This document shows positions 22,136-27,981 of a DNA stretch of 32,000 nt, piece after piece; the stretch's first letter is position 1, and the number at the start of each line of letters is the position of its first letter. The notes beneath the pieces were generated by a model. It searched no databases and was not told the origin of the DNA. It worked only from the letters and a program-made list of their open reading frames with translations. Both the position numbers and the translations under genes were made by a program. The stretch lies in the IMG/VR virus record IMGVR_UViG_3300031576_000027, positions 46,962-78,961 of that record; one strand, 5' to 3'. Source of the stretch: a virus.

Positions 22136-24334
22136 ATGGGCGTGCTGGACAACCTGCGGTCGCTGTTCGGTGGTGGGGCATCAAACGGCGCAGGTGCGCG
22201 GCCCGTGGGCGCGACGGAGCGGACGTACGAAGGGCTGCGCAGTCGGATCAGCAAGTCGGCCGGCGACGCACAGCCGGCGTCGCGTCAGCTGCCGGACGAG
22301 TTCGCGACCCTCTACGCGGCGGGCATGGCCATCGAGCCGCCGTACGACCCGGAGCGGCTGCTGGTAGCTGCGGAGACAAACGAGGTCCACAGCGCCTGCC
22401 TGTTGGCCAAGGCGACGGACAGCGTTGGGCGCGGCTGGGAGTTCACGTCCGACGACGAGCAGGCAGCAGCCGAACCAAAGGACGCCGTGGTCGCGGCGCT
22501 GGAGGACATCTGCCCGGACTACACCTTCCAGGAACTGCTGCTGCAGGCGGCCTGGGAACTGGTGACGATCGGGTACTCCGGGTGGGAGGTAGTGCGCAAC
22601 CAGGACAAGACGATCGGCGCGGCCTACCCGATCCCGGCCCACACCCTGCGCGCCACGCGGTCCCCGGACATCTTCGTCCAGGTGCGCAACGCACAGGTCC
22701 GGTACTTCAAGCGGTTTGGAGTCGAGCGCACGCTGGACGCGATCACTGGCGAGTGGTTGTCGGATCAGGCCGCCGCGGCACTGACGCAGGACGCCCTGGA
22801 CCAGCCGCAGGGCAGCGTGTTCGGGATGCCGTCCGGTCTGGCCAGGCAGCCCGATCATGCCCCCGCCAGCGAGTTGATCACCTTCCGCCGCTACAGCCCG
22901 CGGTCCACGTTCTACGGGATGCTGGACTACATCGCCGGCATGCCGACCCTGGCCGAGTACGCGGCCAATCGGGACTACAACATCAGCTTCTACGAAACGG
23001 CCGGCGTCATGTCCAAGTTGGTCTTCCTGTCGTCGGACGTGCCCATCCCTGAGGTGGTCAACGAGATCGACAAGACCCTCAAGGACGCGCGCGGACGGCA
23101 GCACACCAACATGGTCGCGGAGCTTCCGGGCACGGCAAAGGTCCAGGTGGAGGATCTGGCGGTCGCCCCGCGCGAGCAGGGCTTCAAGGAGCGCCGGTTG
23201 GCGCTGGTCAAGTCCATCATGGTGGCCCACAGCGTCCCGCCCTACCGGATCGGCTACGCCGAACTGGGATCGCTGGGCGGATCCGCGGCGTCCGAGATGA
23301 TGAAGGCGTACCGGCACGGCGTGGTGGAGCCGATCCAGACGACGATCGAGCACCGCCTGGGCAAGACGCTGTTCGGTCCCGCCGGCTACAACCTGCAGGG
23401 CTGGGCCTTCACGCTGGCCGACCTGGACTGGGAGGAGACGGAACTGTCCCTCAAGATCGCGACCGAGTCCGTCAAGCTGGCGATCCTGTCCCCCAACGAG
23501 GCGCGGGCGGAACTGGGCCGCGACCCGGACGACGACCCCAACATGGACCGGAAGTACATGAACGGCCAGCCCATCGACACGGGCCTGGGCGCGCGGTCCG
23601 CGGAGGAGGTCGTGCGCACGCTGCGCGGGGAGGTCGCGCGCGCCATCCAGTCCGGCAAGCCCAAGCCACAGCAGCCGCAGCCGCTGCCGGTGGACACGGA
23701 GGTCCAGGTGCCGGCGGCCGCCAAGGCGCAGGCCAAGACCAACGGCAAGGCGCCGCTCAAGCTGCCGGCCAAGGTCGCCAAGGACGATCGGCCGCTAAAC
23801 CCGCAGGTCCCGACGTTCGGGCAGCCCGGCGCGAAGGTCGTCCTGGTCGGCCTGTGCCCGGGGAGTCAGGACGTCGATGCCGGCAGTCCGATGTCGGGCT
23901 ACGAACTGGACACCCTGGTGCACCGCTATCTGGACCCGCTGGGCCTGGGGCTGAACGAGGAGGACGTGGCGATCGTCATGGCCGTGCCTGAGATCACCCG
24001 GGACATCGTGGGCGAGCCGTGCAACCCGACCGACGCCGACCTGAACCGCTGGCAGCCGTGGCTGCACGGCGAGATCCGGCGCCTGGGCCCCGGCCTGGTC
24101 GTGGCGCTGGGTGACCTGCCGCGGCGGGCGCTGGGTGAACTGGGGCACGCCACCGTGATCCCGCCCGCACAGGCCCACGCCAAGCCGGAACTGGCCGATA
24201 CCCTCACGCGCCAGCTGGACGAAGTCCGCGGGATGCTGACTGAGCGCAAGGCGCGCGAGATGCTGGGGCACGGCCCACTCGGGAAGCGGGTCCGCGTGCT
24301 GGCCAACGGCAATGACGTGGACTCGCAGCACTAA
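22136..24334 (+). CDS. Portal protein fused to a C-terminal uracil-DNA-glycosylase-superfamily-like domain
   Basis: The portal core spans about 22136-23560 (YFKRFG..., FYGMLDYIAGMPTLAEYAANRDYNISFYETAG, VPPYRIGY...). A Pro/Gln/Lys/Ala-rich linker spans about 23560-23800. The UDG-like part spans about 23801-24334: VVLVGLCPGSQDVDAGSPMSGYELDTL...CNPTDADLNRWQPWLHGEIRRLGPGLVVALGDL. Confidence 0.8.
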   Translation: MGVLDNLRSLFGGGASNGAGARPVGATERTYEGLRSRISKSAGDAQPASRQLPDEFATLYAAGMAIEPPYDPERLLVAAETNEVHSACLLAKATDSVGRGWEFTSDDEQAAAEPKDAVVAALEDICPDYTFQELLLQAAWELVTIGYSGWEVVRNQDKTIGAAYPIPAHTLRATRSPDIFVQVRNAQVRYFKRFGVERTLDAITGEWLSDQAAAALTQDALDQPQGSVFGMPSGLARQPDHAPASELITFRRYSPRSTFYGMLDYIAGMPTLAEYAANRDYNISFYETAGVMSKLVFLSSDVPIPEVVNEIDKTLKDARGRQHTNMVAELPGTAKVQVEDLAVAPREQGFKERRLALVKSIMVAHSVPPYRIGYAELGSLGGSAASEMMKAYRHGVVEPIQTTIEHRLGKTLFGPAGYNLQGWAFTLADLDWEETELSLKIATESVKLAILSPNEARAELGRDPDDDPNMDRKYMNGQPIDTGLGARSAEEVVRTLRGEVARAIQSGKPKPQQPQPLPVDTEVQVPAAAKAQAKTNGKAPLKLPAKVAKDDRPLNPQVPTFGQPGAKVVLVGLCPGSQDVDAGSPMSGYELDTLVHRYLDPLGLGLNEEDVAIVMAVPEITRDIVGEPCNPTDADLNRWQPWLHGEIRRLGPGLVVALGDLPRRALGELGHATVIPPAQAHAKPELADTLTRQLDEVRGMLTERKAREMLGHGPLGKRVRVLANGNDVDSQH

Positions 24335-24341
24335 GGGGACC

Positions 24342-25211
24342 ATGCCGCGTCGGGAACCAGCGGGCTACTGGGCGCAGTCGGGGGAGCACAGGGCCCTGTG
24401 GGCTCTGCACGCCAGCGTGGCCAAGTCGGCCGTGGCGCGCCAGCTGCGACCCACCCGGACCTGGCAGCAACGGCTGCTGTCCGCCTACCGCGACCCCTTC
24501 AAGCGGGTGGACTGGGCGGCCTGGGCCCGGCGCAATCTGCACCAGGTCGAGAAGCGCGCGCCGCTGCCTGCGGCCTGGGACCGGTCCAGTGGGGGGCGCG
24601 TGGTTGGCGCCCTTGGTGGTGACAGCTACGTCATCCGCAAGGCCCTGGACTCGGACGACATCGAACTGGATCTGCCGGACGCCCTGTCCTGGCGGGCCAT
24701 CCAGGAGCTTGTCCGGCAGCTGCAGCGCCAGGCTGGCAAGGCGGGCTTCGACGCAGCCGCGGGTGACATCGACGTGCGCCTGCGCTTCGACCCCGACGTC
24801 TTCGACGCGGCCATCCGGTCCACGTTCGGGGACATCGCCGGCATCAACAGCAACGCGCGCGACGCCCTGCAGGGTCTGATGCGGGACGTCATGCAGCGCG
24901 CGGACACCTTCGAAGAGTTCGCGCGGGTCCTGCGGGACGAGTGGGAGGGGATGTCATCCTTTCGGTCCAACATGATTGCGGTGACCGAGTGGAACCGCGC
25001 GGCGTCCACGGCAACGCAGTTGGCGTACGAGCAGGCGGGGATCACCGGCAAAATCTGGATCACGGTGGGGGACGACGACGTGGACGACATCTGCGCGGCC
25101 AATGAAGCGGAGGGCCCCATCCCGATCGGTGAGACGTTTACGTCGGGTGACATGCACCCCCCAGCCCATCCGCTGTGTCGGTGCAACGTGTCCGCGTCGG
25201 TGGCGCCTTGA
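24342..25211 (+). CDS. Head morphogenesis protein (SPP1 gp7 / Mu F family)
   Basis: The RBS aagggga precedes ATG 24342. The sequence reads RSNMIAVTEWNRAASTATQLAYEQAGITGKIWITVGDDDVDDICAANEAEGPIPIGETF...PPAHPLCRC. Confidence 0.85.
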   Translation: MPRREPAGYWAQSGEHRALWALHASVAKSAVARQLRPTRTWQQRLLSAYRDPFKRVDWAAWARRNLHQVEKRAPLPAAWDRSSGGRVVGALGGDSYVIRKALDSDDIELDLPDALSWRAIQELVRQLQRQAGKAGFDAAAGDIDVRLRFDPDVFDAAIRSTFGDIAGINSNARDALQGLMRDVMQRADTFEEFARVLRDEWEGMSSFRSNMIAVTEWNRAASTATQLAYEQAGITGKIWITVGDDDVDDICAANEAEGPIPIGETFTSGDMHPPAHPLCRCNVSASVAP

Positions 25212-25579
25212 TGCCCAGGCTGGTCGTCCTGCCGGACCTGGTGCCCTGTGAGCCCTACAGCGCCCGGCTGACCGAGCGCGCCTGCGTGCTGCGCTACAGG
25301 ATCGCCAACATGCGGATCCGTGGCGCCGGGGTCGCGGCTATCGCGTCGGCTGATCTGCGGTCCACGCGCTGCGCCGGGTGCACCGTCGGCAAGGGGCGCC
25401 TGGCCGGTCAGTCCAGATTGGCGCCGGATCCCGGGCGGTCCACGATCGGGGCCGAGGCAGAGCCGTCGTCGTCGGATGACGATGGCGCTGCGTACGGCGT
25501 GACGATCACGGCCGCGTCCACGTTGGCGCCGGTCGCCTTGGCCAGCGCAACGCGGTCCGGGTGGTTGCCAGCCTCGTGA
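25211..25579 (+). CDS. Hypothetical protein (Cys-containing N-terminal half, low-complexity C-terminal half)
   Basis: ATG 25211 shares a base with the upstream stop (TGATG). It competes with an antisense ORF that shares the same wobble positions. Confidence 0.45.
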   Translation: MPRLVVLPDLVPCEPYSARLTERACVLRYRIANMRIRGAGVAAIASADLRSTRCAGCTVGKGRLAGQSRLAPDPGRSTIGAEAEPSSSDDDGAAYGVTITAASTLAPVALASATRSGWLPAS

Positions 25580-25638
25580 CACGGGACACGGGGCTTGGCG
25601 TGGCAGGTCGGGCACCGCTGGGCGAGGACTGGGTCCAT
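25408..25638 (-). CDS. Possible small zinc-ribbon protein (CPTCHAKPRVPC...HPDR motif)
   Basis: The N-terminal 20 aa lie outside the + ORF and carry a CxxC-x6-PC motif recalled from small actinobacterial/phage zinc-finger proteins. The rest overlaps the + ORF antisense. Confidence 0.35.
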   Translation of the reverse strand: MDPVLAQRCPTCHAKPRVPCHEAGNHPDRVALAKATGANVDAAVIVTPYAAPSSSDDDGSASAPIVDRPGSGANLD

Positions 25639-25743
25639 GTGCTGGAGCGTACCCTTGCGCCCGAGTGCCGGCTAGGACATCCTACGGGCCATATCCGACG
25701 CGCGCGCCGCGGTTGGCGGCCTGAACGCCTCTAGAGGGCGGAA

Positions 25744-25800
25744 CCCCGGTAGCAGCTGCCGGGGACCAGCAACTGACGGGCGCCTTGATCGGGCGCCCGT
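25744..25800 (+). terminator. Two adjacent GC-rich stem-loops (candidate terminator / structured RNA)
   Basis: The first is ccccgg-tagcagctg-ccgggg (25744-25764). The second is acgggcgcc-ttgatcg-ggcgcccgt (25776-25800), followed by tgcgtt. They lie in the 176-nt gap before the gene at 25815. Confidence 0.4.
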
Positions 25801-25814
25801 TGCGTTAGAGGATC

Positions 25815-26039
25815 ATGGGCATGGACATCCACCCCGAAGTCAAAATCAGCAAGATCGAGCGTATCAAGGGCGGCACGCGCATCGTCGTCAGCATCGACGT
25901 GGACGGCGCGGGCAATCCGATCCCCGCCTACCCGGTGACGCTGACGATCAAGGACAGCACCCTCAAGCGGCTGTGGGACAACATCCAGGCCGAGGCCGGA
26001 CGTGTGATCAAGCGGATCAAGAAGGCCGTCAAGAAGTAG
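25815..26039 (+). CDS. Small Lys/Ile-rich hypothetical protein
   Basis: ATG 25815 follows agagga. The composition (KISKIERIKGG...VIKRIKKAVKK) is visibly lower in GC than neighbouring genes. The gene is isolated, with non-coding DNA on both sides. Confidence 0.5.
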   Translation: MGMDIHPEVKISKIERIKGGTRIVVSIDVDGAGNPIPAYPVTLTIKDSTLKRLWDNIQAEAGRVIKRIKKAVKK

Positions 26040-26199
26040 TTGGCGGGGTCACCTGGAGTCGCGCCAGGTCTTCGCAGGTCATTAGTCTGCGCGTGCTGCT
26101 CCTACACCATGACCCCATGGTGGGCGCCCAGGGGCTTGCACCCCAGCGGACGTTGACGACCGGCGGGATCGTAGCCCCGCGCGCCCGGATGCGTGTGCG

Positions 26200-26577
26200 T
26201 TAGGACGTGGTCGCCTCCTTGACCAGCGGCAGCGCGCCGATGATCGACCGTAGCCGGCCGCCGTGCATGTCCCTGGTAGGGGCGATGCCGACGGCCATGA
26301 TCTGCCCGCACCAGGGCGGGTCGGGCTCGCAGATGGCGCGGTACGGGATGTCGGCCGCGCGCAACTGCTGCGCGATCGCGCGCAGGTTGGCGTCGTCTTG
26401 CGCGTGCAGACAGACGGCGTACGTCCCGCGCGGCAGATCACCGGGGGAAGATTCGCCCGCGGCGTGCACGATGTTGGCGGCCTGCAGTCCCCAGGGGAGG
26501 TCGCGGCGGACGATCACGTAGTGCCGCAGGGGCTGCGCTTCGACGGTTGCGTCAGGCGTCGCAATGCATGCCTGCAT
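26200..26577 (-). CDS. PTH2-superfamily (peptidyl-tRNA hydrolase 2-like) protein
   Basis: YVIVRRDLPWGLQAANIVHAA...AVCLHAQDDANLRAIAQQLRAADIPYRAICEPD...IMAVGIAP parallels PTH2 (VVR-x-DL...AAQ-x2-HAA...V-x-V...L-x3-A...G....DAG-x-T...T-x-L-x-IGP). Confidence 0.55.
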   Translation of the reverse strand: MQACIATPDATVEAQPLRHYVIVRRDLPWGLQAANIVHAAGESSPGDLPRGTYAVCLHAQDDANLRAIAQQLRAADIPYRAICEPDPPWCGQIMAVGIAPTRDMHGGRLRSIIGALPLVKEATTS

Positions 26578-26588
26578 GTTATGCAGGT

Positions 26589-26604
26589 CGGGCTAGCCCG
26601 TCAA
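26589..26604 (-). promoter_or_regulatory. 12-bp perfect palindrome overlapping a TTGACG -35-like hexamer, upstream of the PTH2-like gene
   Basis: cgggctagcccg lies at 26589-26600. The minus-strand TTGACG lies at 26604-26599. A second palindrome, cctgcatgttatgcagg (26571-26587), spans the ATG. Confidence 0.3.
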
Positions 26605-26740
26605 GGCGCGGCGTCTTGCACCGGCATCCCGTGTGAGGCATCCTGTCGCCTGGACGGGGGCGGCACTAGCGGCGCACTCGGGCTACCTCCCAACCTGCAA
26701 CCGCTGTACAGCATCGAGATCGAACTGGCCGCGCCCTAGG

Positions 26741-27142
26741 TCATCCGGTGTGCCCGGCACGGCAAGGCTCCCCGCCGCACAGGTCGCACGACGGCTTGGG
26801 CGGCGGGAACCGCTGGGCAGCGAAGGCGGCCAGCCCGTCGTCCAGGCGGCAATCGTAGCTGCGGCAGATTTTGGGCCGCCGGTCGTAGATCGTGCACGCG
26901 CCCCCGGGGCCCAGGAAGACGCACGCCTGGGTCACGGGGTGGCGCGCCAGGATCAGCACGGCCTCCTGCCGACCATCGGGCAGCGTCATGGTCCAGGTGT
27001 TCACCGGCAGCGGCGGATCGCCCGGTTGGATCAGCACCAGGCGGTCGGCGCTGGTGCAGCACGGTGCGCTGCAGCCCTGGCAGTTGACCTGGGCATCGCG
27101 GCCAATGTCTGGCAGCACCAGCAGGTGCGGGCGCTTGGGCAT
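26741..27142 (-). CDS. YkgJ-family (CxxCxxCC) cysteine-cluster protein (alternative GTG start at 27268)
   Basis: The sequence reads NCQGCSAPCC...ACVFLGPGGACTIYDRRPKICRSYDC. The ATG at 27142 is preferred because the upstream 42 codons look non-protein-like. Confidence 0.6.
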   Translation of the reverse strand: MPKRPHLLVLPDIGRDAQVNCQGCSAPCCTSADRLVLIQPGDPPLPVNTWTMTLPDGRQEAVLILARHPVTQACVFLGPGGACTIYDRRPKICRSYDCRLDDGLAAFAAQRFPPPKPSCDLCGGEPCRAGHTG

Positions 27143-27269
27143 GGACGCGGGGATCAGACGCGGGGTTCCGTCCGTCACGGTCGTGGCGCCCCGCAGGACA
27201 GGCAGACGAAAACGAAGTGGCCACCGCGCGCCACGCGCAAGACCCAGGCATGCCGGTCCAGCAGGCACT

Positions 27270-27455
27270 TCACTTGTGCTGCCCCAGGATCGCCTCGATG
27301 GCCTCGCGCACCACGCTGACCATCGACACGCCGCGCGCAGCTGCCAGCGCCTTGAGCCGCTCGTACTGGTCCGGCCGCAGGTGCAACGTCACGGGTGCCA
27401 TGCGCGGGCGACCGCTGCCGACCGGCAGGCCATCAACACGGAGGGGGCGCGGCAC
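27270..27455 (-). CDS. Ribbon-helix-helix (CopG/antitoxin-like) protein (alternative ATG start at 27401)
   Basis: APVTLHLRPDQYERLKALAAARGVSMVSVVREAIEAIL is a typical RHH. GTG 27455 directly abuts the upstream TAG. Confidence 0.6.
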   Translation of the reverse strand: MPRPLRVDGLPVGSGRPRMAPVTLHLRPDQYERLKALAAARGVSMVSVVREAIEAILGQHK

Positions 27456-27731
27456 CTACGCCACCGGCTCGTATGTGGCGGCAAAGATCGGACCGGCGCA
27501 CGGGTACAACTCGCCCGCGATCCCGCGGATGATCCAGTCCCCTGGCCGTCCCATCATCGTCCCCTCGGCCGTGCGGATGGACACGTGGTCCCGCGCGAAG
27601 ACGATCAGCCCGGCGTCGTAGGCCGCGCGCAGCCACTGCGGCAGGCCGGTCCAGTTGTTGGCTGCGGCCTGCAGTGCAGCAACGACCTCGACGGCTTCCA
27701 CCACGACCGGCTTCTTGCGGAACTGTCCCAT
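27456..27731 (-). CDS. Conserved phage hypothetical protein (FRKKPVVVEA...PGDWII...YPC family)
   Basis: The start is the ATG at 27731. MGQFRKKPVVVEAVEV...GRPGDWIIRGIAGELYPCAGPIFAATYEPV resembles a widespread small phage protein family. Confidence 0.55.
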   Translation of the reverse strand: MGQFRKKPVVVEAVEVVAALQAAANNWTGLPQWLRAAYDAGLIVFARDHVSIRTAEGTMMGRPGDWIIRGIAGELYPCAGPIFAATYEPVA

Positions 27732-27745
27732 GCGGTGATCGTAGG

Positions 27746-27967
27746 TCAGAACAGGTTGCCCTGGGAATCGACCAGGCCGCGGTAGCCGCACAGCCGGCAT
27801 TCGCCGCGCGGGATGTCCGGGTAGTGGATGGAGTCCACGGGCGTGGGCTCGTCCAAGTCCACGCTGTGCCACCCAGGCCAGCGGCAAAGCCACAGACGGA
27901 TGCGCAGCCAGATCGAGGGTCCTTGCATGACGCGCACGGTAGCCGATTGTCGGGCGAGAGTCGCCAT
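27746..27967 (-). CDS. Hypothetical small protein with a C-terminal CxxC
   Basis: The ATG at 27967 lies only 14 bp from the divergent ATG at 27982. The sequence contains HYPDIPRGECRLCGYRGLVDSQGNLF. Confidence 0.45.
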   Translation of the reverse strand: MATLARQSATVRVMQGPSIWLRIRLWLCRWPGWHSVDLDEPTPVDSIHYPDIPRGECRLCGYRGLVDSQGNLF

Positions 27968-27981
27968 GATCTAGTGGTGGC

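Noticed and set aside
26115-26195. tRNA-like look (gggcgcc...ggggcttgcacccc...gcgggatcgtagccccgc...gcgccc) in the convergent intergenic gap
   Set aside because: I could not build a cloverleaf. There is no 5-bp anticodon stem, the putative T-loop (atcgtag) lacks TTC, the D-loop lacks the GG, and the acceptor pairing is imperfect. These are more likely GC-rich hairpins between convergent genes.
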